From Chloroflexota bacterium (GTDB lineage: Bacteria > Chloroflexota > Anaerolineae > Anaerolineales > Villigracilaceae), in assembly GCA_040754355.1 (NCBI GenBank), contig JBFMCM010000121.1, positions 1-32,033 of the forward strand: a stretch of DNA of 32,033 nt, in the 5' to 3' direction. The notes beneath the pieces are model-generated. The model had not been told where the DNA came from, ran no database searches, and saw only the letters and a list, made by a program, of their open reading frames with translations. Within the stretch, counting starts at the first letter, position 1. Each line of letters opens with the position of its first letter. The position numbers and the translations under genes are program-made. Positions 1 through 7,485 of the stretch are shown here, one piece after another.

Positions 1-681
1 CGTGATTTTATGAAAGTTGTTGGAATTTCCGTCGCCTCGCTGGCGCTCACCCGCTGTATCCCCGTCGGCGTAACCTGTTACGCGCCCCTGCCGCCCTCAC
101 CTTACCCGACTGAACCTGTCTCCGCCCGCGACCGCCTGCGCCGCTGCTGGCTGAGTTTCGGAGAACTGGCCCAGGCGACCATCGAAGAGGCCAATCAGGG
201 CAGCACAGAAAACGCCTTCGGCCAGGGATTGGTTATCGAGCACCGTGCCGCGTTGGATGAACTTATCGCCAACGGTGAACTGACCGCATCGGTGGCAGAC
301 CTCATCCAGGAGGCCTATGACGCGGCTGTTTACCATGTCTGGCGTTCCAACGCGCCCATGACTTGCTATGAACCCATGATCGTGGATTATGCCCCGGTCA
401 GTGCCTCTATCTTGGTTCAACAATCGGATGCGCTCGAGCAGGTAGCCAGCCAGGGTCAGATTGATACCGCCACCCTGGACAAAGCCAGGGCAGCCCTCGA
501 ACACGATCTGGCTTTTTACGCCTTGACCGACGAGGAAGTGTCCAGCCTGTATGACCGCATCATCACCGAATGGCAGACCCAGGGTGGAGTCGCTCCATCT
601 TTCGAGGAACTCGAGTTGGAAATCACTCCCGACGCCCAGGCAGCGGCACAATTCATCATCAGCCTGCTCACCGGCCAATGA
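1..681 (+). CDS. Hypothetical exported protein, 5'-truncated by the window edge, with the tail of a Tat-type signal peptide
   Basis: The frame of ORF 10..681 stays open to nt 1 (cgt gat ttt atg = R-D-F-M). This gives RDFMKVVGISVASLALTRC, the (R)RDF(L/M)K motif plus hydrophobic h-region of a twin-arginine signal. Stop TGA 679-681 overlaps ATG 678 of the next gene. The mature part matches no family I recognise. Confidence 0.6.
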   Translation, partial: RDFMKVVGISVASLALTRCIPVGVTCYAPLPPSPYPTEPVSARDRLRRCWLSFGELAQATIEEANQGSTENAFGQGLVIEHRAALDELIANGELTASVADLIQEAYDAAVYHVWRSNAPMTCYEPMIVDYAPVSASILVQQSDALEQVASQGQIDTATLDKARAALEHDLAFYALTDEEVSSLYDRIITEWQTQGGVAPSFEELELEITPDAQAAAQFIISLLTGQ

Positions 682-1715
682 CTGCCATCCGCCCGCGCCT
701 CCAGTCGCTCATCTTCGAAGTCACCCAGGCCTGCAACCATGCCTGCCTGCACTGCTACAATGTCTGGCAGGGACCGCAAGCCATCCCCTACCCGCGCGGC
801 CAACTCGATTCGTCCCGGACCCTCAGCCTGCTCGCCAAAGCCCTCGACGAGACCGTTTGCTCCCACGTCACGCTGACGGGCGGTGAGCCGCTCCTGCGCC
901 CCGACCTGTTCCAGATTCTGGAATTCCTTCAGCAGAGGCGCGTACGCATCACAGTCATCAGCAACGGGCGCCTGCTCGATGAGGCTACGGCGGCCGGCCT
1001 GATCGAGCGCGGCGTCGGGTTGTTTGAATTGCCTTTGCTCAGTCACCGGCGCGAGGTCCATGACGAACTTTCGGACGCGCCGGGAGCCTGGGACGCGGTC
1101 CTGGCCGCCATGGCAAACGTCCGCTTGCATCACGGACAGGTTGTCGCGGCTTTCGTTGGCACGCGGAAGAACATCGCGCATCTCGGCGAGACACTGCGGC
1201 TGGCGTTCGCCTTCGGGGCACGCGGCGTGATGTTCAACCGCTTCAATCCTGGCGGCCGCGGGCGGGAACATCTCACTGAATTGCTGCCCACCGTCCACCA
1301 GGTCCGCGAAGCGCTCTCCGTGGCCGAGGCCGCTGCGGTGGAGATCCATCTGCCCATCTCCTGCTCCATCCCCATCCAGCCCTGCCTGATTGACACTACA
1401 CAATACCCGCACCTGGGTTTCGGTTACTGCGCCGCCGGATCCGACCGCGCCTATTACACCCTCGACCCGCTCGGCAACCTGCGTCCCTGCAACCACACCG
1501 ATACCGTTTTGGGAAACTTGTTCGAGGAATCGTTTGCCAACTTGATTACCCCCGAGCGCATGTCCGCTTTCACCTGCGCCATCCCCGCCTTCTGCGCCGC
1601 CTGTGACCGCCGCCTCGAATGTCAGGGCGGATGCAAGGCCTCGGCGCAGGTCTGCTATGGCTCGCTTGCGGTGGAGGAACCGTTCCTGCGGCAACGCGTT
1701 CCAACTTCAGCGTGA
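678..1715 (+). CDS. Radical SAM enzyme with C-terminal SPASM domain (protein/peptide-modifying maturase class)
   Basis: Internal ATG of ORF 570..1715, in an ATGA overlap with the upstream stop. The N-terminus carries the CxxxCxxC cluster (QACNHACLHCYN). The C-terminus carries Cys-rich SPASM-type motifs (YCAAGSDRAYYTLDPLGNLRPCNH ... FCAACDRRLECQGGCKA). Confidence 0.85.
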   Translation: MTAIRPRLQSLIFEVTQACNHACLHCYNVWQGPQAIPYPRGQLDSSRTLSLLAKALDETVCSHVTLTGGEPLLRPDLFQILEFLQQRRVRITVISNGRLLDEATAAGLIERGVGLFELPLLSHRREVHDELSDAPGAWDAVLAAMANVRLHHGQVVAAFVGTRKNIAHLGETLRLAFAFGARGVMFNRFNPGGRGREHLTELLPTVHQVREALSVAEAAAVEIHLPISCSIPIQPCLIDTTQYPHLGFGYCAAGSDRAYYTLDPLGNLRPCNHTDTVLGNLFEESFANLITPERMSAFTCAIPAFCAACDRRLECQGGCKASAQVCYGSLAVEEPFLRQRVPTSA

Positions 1716-1716
1716 C

Positions 1717-1845
1717 CTATCCGACTGCTGCTAAAATCAATCCCAAAACTACCAGCCCAGTCCCCGCCAGTTTCGGCGGGGTTGCCGCTTCTTTGCGAAA
1801 AAATATTCCCAATGCCGCGCCCATGGGGATGCTCAACTGCCAGAA
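1717..1845 (-). pseudogene. Relic 3' end (last ~42 codons plus stop) of an EamA/DMT transporter paralogue
   Basis: The minus-strand translation FWQLSIPMGAALGIFFRKEAATPPKLAGTGLVVLGLILAAVG* aligns without gaps to the C-terminus of the intact EamA gene at 4219.. (FRQLSTPIGAALGIVVRREAATPPKLTGIGLVIFGLTWVALSN*). About 27 of 42 residues are identical and nucleotide identity is roughly 75% by eye. An in-frame TGA lies about 15 codons upstream and there is no N-terminal part. Confidence 0.6.
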
Positions 1846-1869
1846 TCCCTCGGATATTTGGAAATTAAT

Positions 1870-1898
1870 TTGACATTGACCCCTTTTTCATGTATTCT
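1870..1898 (+). promoter_or_regulatory. Candidate sigma70-type promoter for the zinc-ribbon gene pair
   Basis: TTGACA (1870-1875), a 17-nt spacer, then TATTCT (1893-1898) preceded by TG. The 10-mer TTGACATTGA recurs at 1931-1940. Confidence 0.3.
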
Positions 1899-2019
1899 TG
1901 TATTGAATCAGGCTAGGGAGACTTTGCTCTTGACATTGAGTCTATAACACACCCGACAAGTGTACAGTTTCCTGCCAAGAAACCAATTGCAGCGCAGTCT
2001 CTAAAAAGAAGGTGCTCTC

Positions 2020-3462
2020 ATGAAATGTCCAAAATGTGGGGGCAAAAACCCAGATGATTATATCTTCTGCCAAGAATGCGGTGCGGCGTTGACCCAGGCA
2101 GTGGTTTGCCCCAATTGTGGACAGTCCAACCAGCCTGATTACAACTTCTGCCAGAAGTGCGGATATGTGCTTGCCGCGGCTTCCACGCCCGCGCTGGATG
2201 AGGCGGCTGCGAAGCCTGCCTCGAGACCGGCTCCTCCTGAACCTGTTCCAGTGCCGGGTCAGCAGGCAGCGCCTGCGCCGGCTGCCCAGCCAGCCGCGCC
2301 GGCGGTGGTCATCATAAGGGAGGACGAGAGAAAGCGCCGCCGCGTGCCGGGTCCTGTCTGGGCCATACTGGGCGCACTGCTGGTGATCATGGCCTGCTGC
2401 GGGCTGATGTGGTTCGACGTGGTGGATATGCCGGCCGGGGTTGTCGAGCGGCTGCCTGCCCCGCTGGATGACATCATCGGCCAGGTGGTGGACGCGGTCG
2501 AAGACCGCCAGGTTCGGCTTCCAGTCTTCGGCGGCCCGGCAGAGAGGGAACCGCCAGAAGATGGCGGGCAGATCGGCGGGGAAGGTGAGCAGCCAGCTGG
2601 AGAGACCTGTCCGACCATCATCCAAGCAACCTATTCAAGTCAGGATGATAGGTCCTTTATGTCAAGTTTCTACCGCGGCGATGGGGACGGCGTAGCCAAT
2701 CCTAGTTATGGATATTTCCTCCCTGACCATTGGAGTGTAAAAGTCATCCCCTGCGCGGGTTGCCAGCCTCTCTATCCAAGCTGTACGTGGGATGATAACA
2801 ATCCATATCATTGGAGATGTGTGGTTGAATTCGATGAACCAGACTGTGATCTCCGGGCAACCGCCGTGTTCACACCACTTGGCGGTAATATCTGTGCCGC
2901 GCAGGAAGTTGATATGGAACTGCACCGTGACCTTGCAACCGGTTGTGATGGAGGGGATCCCTGCGAGGAGGCCAACATCAACAATGCCATTCAACCCGGG
3001 TCTATCACCCCCGCTTTCACATGGGCGAATGATAACCAAGAACTCCAAATGACGCTGACAAACAATGTAGCCTTTCCGTCGAGTGAGTATTTCGTTGTAC
3101 TCGAAAAAGGTGATTCTTACGAGGGAACACCTTGCGACGTGTACTCCGATCAGCATCAATGCTATGGCGTATTCTATGTGTGGCCTGACCAGTTTCCCTC
3201 AGAATCTGGAAATTACACGATGACGATTTACGAAGCAGATCCGAGTAAGATCGAACAATGTGCCCTGGCAACAATCATCGTGACAATCCCGGACCCGCCC
3301 CCTCTGCCACCCCAACCCCCGCCCGCTGGTGTCTGCTCATCCGGCGAGACCTACCACGAAGGCTGGCCGTACAACAATGGCTGCTGCACCGACGGCTGCT
3401 GGTGCCAGCAGGGCGGCGAGTGGGGCTGCTGGACGACATGTGCCGACCATTGCGATGACTAG
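2020..3462 (+). CDS. Double zinc-ribbon, single-pass membrane protein with a large Cys-rich extracytoplasmic domain
   Basis: ATG preceded by AAGAAGG. The N-terminus has two CxxC...CxxC ribbons (CPKCG..CQECG, CPNCG..CQKCG), then a Pro/Ala-rich linker and one TM helix (VWAILGALLVIMACCGLMWF). The roughly 330-aa ectodomain is rich in Cys and ends in PPPLPPQPPP plus a Cys-dense tail (CSSGETYHEGWPYNNGCCTDGCWCQQGGEWGCWTTCADHC). Confidence 0.8.
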   Translation: MKCPKCGGKNPDDYIFCQECGAALTQAVVCPNCGQSNQPDYNFCQKCGYVLAAASTPALDEAAAKPASRPAPPEPVPVPGQQAAPAPAAQPAAPAVVIIREDERKRRRVPGPVWAILGALLVIMACCGLMWFDVVDMPAGVVERLPAPLDDIIGQVVDAVEDRQVRLPVFGGPAEREPPEDGGQIGGEGEQPAGETCPTIIQATYSSQDDRSFMSSFYRGDGDGVANPSYGYFLPDHWSVKVIPCAGCQPLYPSCTWDDNNPYHWRCVVEFDEPDCDLRATAVFTPLGGNICAAQEVDMELHRDLATGCDGGDPCEEANINNAIQPGSITPAFTWANDNQELQMTLTNNVAFPSSEYFVVLEKGDSYEGTPCDVYSDQHQCYGVFYVWPDQFPSESGNYTMTIYEADPSKIEQCALATIIVTIPDPPPLPPQPPPAGVCSSGETYHEGWPYNNGCCTDGCWCQQGGEWGCWTTCADHCDD

Positions 3463-3509
3463 ACCCGGAAGAGATCTGCCAAGCGGATGGTTTGGAAAGG
3501 AGATCTGAA

Positions 3510-4187
3510 ATGTTTTGCCCAAAATGTGGTAAGGGTATCGCTGATACGGCCAATGTTTGCGGCTACTGCGGCTTCAAGATTCCCGCCAAGGTCGAATCGC
3601 TGCCGGAGGTGAAGAAGCCTCGGATCAAACAGTCCCCTGCCAAGGCGGCCTCGCCTGCCATCCAGCGGAGGCGGCTGCCGGTCTGGGCATGGGGATTGAT
3701 CGGGCTTGTGATCGTTCTGCTGGCTCTCGGCGGAGGGATGGGTCTATACCTGAACCAGAAGTACCAGCAGCCCATTTGGGGGGCGCAATACCGCGCTGCC
3801 CAGGATTTCGGCCCCGGATATTGGTCCGCAGGCGAGCACGAATATGCTTTTAAGGCTGTGGCGGATACCGGTGACTGTTCCATCGAGCCATTCGAAGGTG
3901 AGCCTGTCACATTCTATGTCGCCGAGGATGTACCGTATACGAGCAAGGTTTATCTCCGCATCTACGGCATCTATGCGACGGCTCTCGCAGAGGATGCTTT
4001 CTTTACGATCAATCCTCAGCAGGCAACCATTCCTGTTATAACTTTTCTGCAAGATGATGAAAATGGAATTGGTTTTACGCATGCCGAGGCAAAAACGCAG
4101 CTTGCTGCCTGCACGCTCTATTTTCGCTGGGACGACCACCCCTGGCAGCCATTGGAGGTAGAACAGGTTGTCGAGTTCACGCCATGA
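3510..4187 (+). CDS. Zinc-ribbon, single-pass membrane protein with an uncharacterised ectodomain
   Basis: ATG 3510 lies 7 nt after AAGGAG (3497-3502). The track start at 3492 is a TTG. Features are MFCPKCG...CGYCG, a basic linker, a TM helix (WAWGLIGLVIVLLALGGGMGLY) and a ~140-aa C-terminal domain. Confidence 0.8.
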   Translation: MFCPKCGKGIADTANVCGYCGFKIPAKVESLPEVKKPRIKQSPAKAASPAIQRRRLPVWAWGLIGLVIVLLALGGGMGLYLNQKYQQPIWGAQYRAAQDFGPGYWSAGEHEYAFKAVADTGDCSIEPFEGEPVTFYVAEDVPYTSKVYLRIYGIYATALAEDAFFTINPQQATIPVITFLQDDENGIGFTHAEAKTQLAACTLYFRWDDHPWQPLEVEQVVEFTP

Positions 4188-4218
4188 AACTTTTTCGACA
4201 GCTACGATAGCCCAGCCC

Positions 4219-5130
4219 TCAATTACTCAAAGCCACCCAAGTAAGTCCGAATATCACCAGCCCAATCCCCGTCAATTTCGGCGGGGTTGCTGCTTCCCTG
4301 CGAACCACGATTCCCAAGGCCGCGCCGATGGGGGTGGATAGTTGTCGGAAGGCAGAAACATAACTCACGTTGTCGACATAGGCCATTGCCAGCAGGACCA
4401 GCCCATAGGTGGCGGTGATGATGAATCCCATCACTCCCGCCGTCCGCCATTCAGGCAACCGCGCCTGGGACAGCACTTGCCATTCAGGTCTCCAGAATAA
4501 CAGGAACAGGGTCAAGAAGAGTGACAGGCTGATGGTTTCCAGTTCGACGTACAGAAACGACCAGGCCAGGTTGGAGAGGGGCATTTCCGGCAGGGAACGC
4601 AGGATCCGCAGGGACTGGTCATCCAGCAGGGTGTAGCCTGTGATGCAGGCCGCCGCCAGCAAGGCAAAGACGACCCATTTCTGTCGGTAATGACTCGTGC
4701 TGAGGTCACTGAATTTAGGCAAGGGCAAGAGAAAACAGCCTGCTGTCACCGCCGCGAAACCCACATACGCCAGCGGGCGAATCTGGTCGCCGCGTCCCAG
4801 CAGCACGCTGACGAGGGCCACAAGCACGACCGGCAGGGAGCGCGCCAGCGGGTAGGCGTGAGACAGGTCCCCGCTCCGGTAGGCTCCGGCAAGGAAGATG
4901 TAGTAAATGGCTTGCACCGCGCCGGTTGCGGCGATCAGTCCCCAGACGGCAGGTGGAATGACAGTCAGACCATCCCGAAAGAAAAACAAGACCGGCGAGA
5001 AAATCACCACCGCGGCGAGGGAGGCCATCAGAAAGAACGCCGCGGGAGGATTCTGGCGCTTACTGAGGAAGTTCCAGAAAGCATGGGTGAATGCCGAGAT
5101 GGTAACGAGGAGGAAGGCCAGGAGGGTCAT
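4219..5130 (-). CDS. EamA/DMT-family transporter (10-TM type)
   Basis: The protein is hydrophobic throughout with two EamA-like halves. ATG 5130 (MTLLAFLLVTISAFTHAFWN) is preferred over the GTG at 5184, which lacks an RBS, so the start is uncertain. Confidence 0.8.
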   Translation of the reverse strand: MTLLAFLLVTISAFTHAFWNFLSKRQNPPAAFFLMASLAAVVIFSPVLFFFRDGLTVIPPAVWGLIAATGAVQAIYYIFLAGAYRSGDLSHAYPLARSLPVVLVALVSVLLGRGDQIRPLAYVGFAAVTAGCFLLPLPKFSDLSTSHYRQKWVVFALLAAACITGYTLLDDQSLRILRSLPEMPLSNLAWSFLYVELETISLSLFLTLFLLFWRPEWQVLSQARLPEWRTAGVMGFIITATYGLVLLAMAYVDNVSYVSAFRQLSTPIGAALGIVVRREAATPPKLTGIGLVIFGLTWVALSN

Positions 5131-5226
5131 GGTAAGAATCAAGCCTCCCGACTTCAGGAAGGCCTGTCTTGTCTTGAATTCCACGAACGTACCATAAAAA
5201 TTCGTGCCATTCGCGAAATTCGATGC

Positions 5227-5565
5227 TTATTTCACTTCCACCAATTCCACGTCGAAGACCAGGGTGGCATTCGGCGGGATGACGCCCCCGCCCGCGCCGC
5301 GTTCTCCGTAGGCCAGGTGCGGCGGGATGGTCAGTACGGCCTTGCCGCCAACCTTCATCAGGGCGATGCCCTCGTCCCAGCCCTTGATGACTCGACCCTG
5401 GCCGAGCACGAACTCGATCGGTTCGCCGCGGCTGACGGATGAATCGAACACCTTGCCGTCCGGGAATTTGCCAGTGTAGTGCACTTTCACCGTTTTGCCC
5501 GCCACAGCCTGCGCGCCTGTCCCGGCAGTGATTTCAGTGAATTCCAGTCCGCTTGCAGTTTTCAT
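5227..5565 (-). CDS. FKBP-type peptidyl-prolyl cis-trans isomerase
   Basis: [78 protein letters not shown] is a classic FKBP_C sequence. ATG 5565 is preceded by AAGGAG. The longer track ORF to 5670 is rejected. Confidence 0.92.
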   Translation of the reverse strand: MKTASGLEFTEITAGTGAQAVAGKTVKVHYTGKFPDGKVFDSSVSRGEPIEFVLGQGRVIKGWDEGIALMKVGGKAVLTIPPHLAYGERGAGGGVIPPNATLVFDVELVEVK

Positions 5566-5604
5566 GGGGTCTCCTTTGCGGTCGTAATTGTAACGCAAAT
5601 CCCA

Positions 5605-5613
5605 TGTTATAAT
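5605..5613 (+). promoter_or_regulatory. Candidate extended -10 promoter (TGtTATAAT) for the ABC-F leader
   Basis: A perfect TGnTATAAT lies at 5605-5613 in the divergent intergenic region, about 35 nt upstream of the uORF. Confidence 0.45.
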
Positions 5614-5644
5614 TTCACTGCCGTTTAGTTTCAGGAGCAAAGGA

Positions 5645-5662
5645 ATGACAGACATCCTGTAG
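5645..5662 (+). promoter_or_regulatory. Candidate leader peptide uORF (MTDIL-stop)
   Basis: The sequence atg aca gac atc ctg tag has AGGAG (5633-5637) 7 nt upstream. It sits between the candidate promoter and the terminator hairpin. Confidence 0.35.
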
Positions 5663-5713
5663 AAAACCAACGCTTTCCGGGCGACTCAACCCGCTGGTTT
5701 TTAGATTCTCCAG

Positions 5714-5738
5714 CCGGGGGCGTTTGCCCCCGGTTTTC
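5714..5738 (+). terminator. Intrinsic-terminator-like hairpin in the 5' leader of the ABC-F gene (candidate attenuator)
   Basis: An 8-bp all-G/C stem, CCGGGGGC (5714-5721) with GCCCCCGG (5726-5733), has a GTTT loop and is followed by TTTTC. It sits on the + strand, where no upstream + gene needs terminating. The ABC-F ATG is 19 nt downstream. Confidence 0.55.
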
Positions 5739-5756
5739 ATTTCCACAGGATCGTCT

Positions 5757-7424
5757 ATGCTCTCCGCACATCACCTCACTAAAACTTACGGCCTCCACAC
5801 CGTACTCCAAGATATTACCTTCAGCATCGCTCCCGGCGAACGCCTCGGCCTGATCGGGCCGAACGGCTGCGGAAAGACCACGCTTCTGCGCATCCTGACC
5901 GATGAGGAGACACCGGATTGGGGGACCGTGGCGCACACGCGCCCGGATTTACGGATCGGCTACCTCGCTCAGGGTTTCGACCTCGACCCTTCACTGACTC
6001 TCGCCGAAGCCTGCGCGCCCGCCTCAGCGCGGGATCCCTCGACTTCGCTCGGGACAAGCCTTGAAGCCACACTTGTCGAACTGGCCGCCGCCTTTGTCGC
6101 GCATCCCACCGATAAAAACCTCCAGGCCGAATACGACGCGCTTCTCGGTCAACTGTCTTCGGTCCATGGTCCGCCGGAAGAAATCCTCGCCCCGCTCGGC
6201 TTGTCTGGGATCTCACCCGACACGCGAGTCGGAACATTGAGTGGCGGCCAAAAAACACGCCTCTCGCTGGCGCGCCTGCTGCTCTCCGACCCGCATCTCC
6301 TGCTGCTCGACGAACCCACCAACCACCTCGACATTGCCATGCTCGAATGGCTGGAGGGCTGGCTGCGGCGATTCCGCGGGGCAGCGCTCATCGTATCGCA
6401 TGACCGCACCTTCCTCGACAACACCGTCTCGGCCATCCTCGAACTCGATCCGCTCACGCATGGCCTGAAACGATACGATGGGAATTACAGCGACTACCTC
6501 ACTCAGACAGAAGCCGAGCGCGAGCGCCAGATTCAGACTTATCTCGACCAGCAGGCCGAAATCCGCCGCATGAAAGCGGATATCGCCCGCACCAAGGAGC
6601 AGGCCGCGCACACCGAACGTGCCGCCAGTTCCATCCGCATCGGAGGGCCAGAGTACAAACGGAAAGGTTACAAGTCCTACCAGCAAGGCATCGCCAAGAA
6701 AGTGGCTGCCAAGGCTAAAGCCCGCGAGAAAAAACTGGAACGCTTCCTCAAATCGGACGAAATCGTCGAACGCCCGCGCTCCGCCTGGCAGATCAAACTG
6801 GAATTCGCCGCGCCCAAGCATCTCAGCAAGGACGTGCTCGTGACCGAGGACCTGTCCATTGGCTACCCGGGCCTGCCGCCCCTCTTGAGCGGACTCCGCC
6901 TCCACGTCCGCGGCGGGGAACGGGTGGCGCTAACCGGTCCGAACGGGTGCGGGAAAACGACCCTCCTGCGCACCATCGCCGGGAAACTGGAATCGGCTGC
7001 CGGGTCCGTGCGCCTCGGTTCGTCCGTCAAACTCGGCTACATGACCCAGGAACAGGAACTCCTCGACCTGTCGAAGTCCCCGCTGGAAATTATCCAGTCT
7101 ACTGGGCTGTTCAACCTAACCGAGGCGCGGCACTTCCTGCACTACTTCCTGTTCAGCGGTGATAACCCGCTGCGTCCCTGCGGCGAGATGAGTTACGGCG
7201 AGCGTTCCAGGCTGGAACTGGCGCAGCTGGTGGCGCAGGGCTGCACCTTCCTGATGCTCGACGAACCCATCAACCACCTCGATATCCCTTCCCGGTCGCG
7301 CTTCGAGCAGGCATTGGCGAAATACACCGGCACCGTGCTGGCTGTCGTCCATGACCGTTATTTCATCGAACGGTTCGCGACCAGTTTGTGGGTAGTGGAA
7401 GATGGCAGGATACGGAGCAGGTAG
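5757..7424 (+). CDS. ABC-F family ATPase (tandem ABC domains, no TM domain)
   Basis: There are two Walker A motifs (GPNGCGKTT twice), two signature motifs (LSGGQKTRL, MSYGERSRL), two Walker B motifs (LLLDEPTNHLD, LMLDEPINHLD) and a charged, helical inter-domain linker of roughly 100 aa. ATG 5757 lies 6 nt after AGGA. The track start at 5724 is a TTG inside the hairpin. Confidence 0.93.
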   Translation: MLSAHHLTKTYGLHTVLQDITFSIAPGERLGLIGPNGCGKTTLLRILTDEETPDWGTVAHTRPDLRIGYLAQGFDLDPSLTLAEACAPASARDPSTSLGTSLEATLVELAAAFVAHPTDKNLQAEYDALLGQLSSVHGPPEEILAPLGLSGISPDTRVGTLSGGQKTRLSLARLLLSDPHLLLLDEPTNHLDIAMLEWLEGWLRRFRGAALIVSHDRTFLDNTVSAILELDPLTHGLKRYDGNYSDYLTQTEAERERQIQTYLDQQAEIRRMKADIARTKEQAAHTERAASSIRIGGPEYKRKGYKSYQQGIAKKVAAKAKAREKKLERFLKSDEIVERPRSAWQIKLEFAAPKHLSKDVLVTEDLSIGYPGLPPLLSGLRLHVRGGERVALTGPNGCGKTTLLRTIAGKLESAAGSVRLGSSVKLGYMTQEQELLDLSKSPLEIIQSTGLFNLTEARHFLHYFLFSGDNPLRPCGEMSYGERSRLELAQLVAQGCTFLMLDEPINHLDIPSRSRFEQALAKYTGTVLAVVHDRYFIERFATSLWVVEDGRIRSR

Positions 7425-7485
7425 GTCACGCTTTTTGCGTGACTACCCGGCAAATTGTTCCGCTAAAAGCGGGACCTATAAAAAC

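Noticed and set aside
3470-3507. A direct repeat of GAGATCTG (3470-3477 and 3500-3507) around the start of the second zinc-ribbon gene, which could pair via the AGATCT palindrome and mask the RBS.
   Set aside because: Only 6 bp of potential pairing is available, and an 8-mer repeat at this distance can arise by chance. There is no supporting evidence.
5566-5670. The long form of the FKBP ORF (147 aa, start at 5670).
   Set aside because: The 35-residue N-terminal extension has no FKBP similarity. ATG 5565 has a perfect AAGGAG RBS and gives a standard ~112-aa FKBP. The extension would also cover the divergent promoter and uORF region.
7425-7443. The hairpin GTCACGC-ttttt-GCGTGAC after the ABC-F stop as an intrinsic terminator.
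   Set aside because: No T-run follows on either strand, so it cannot be called a canonical terminator. It may be an RNA-stability element, and it is mentioned only in the ABC-F/NTase finding.
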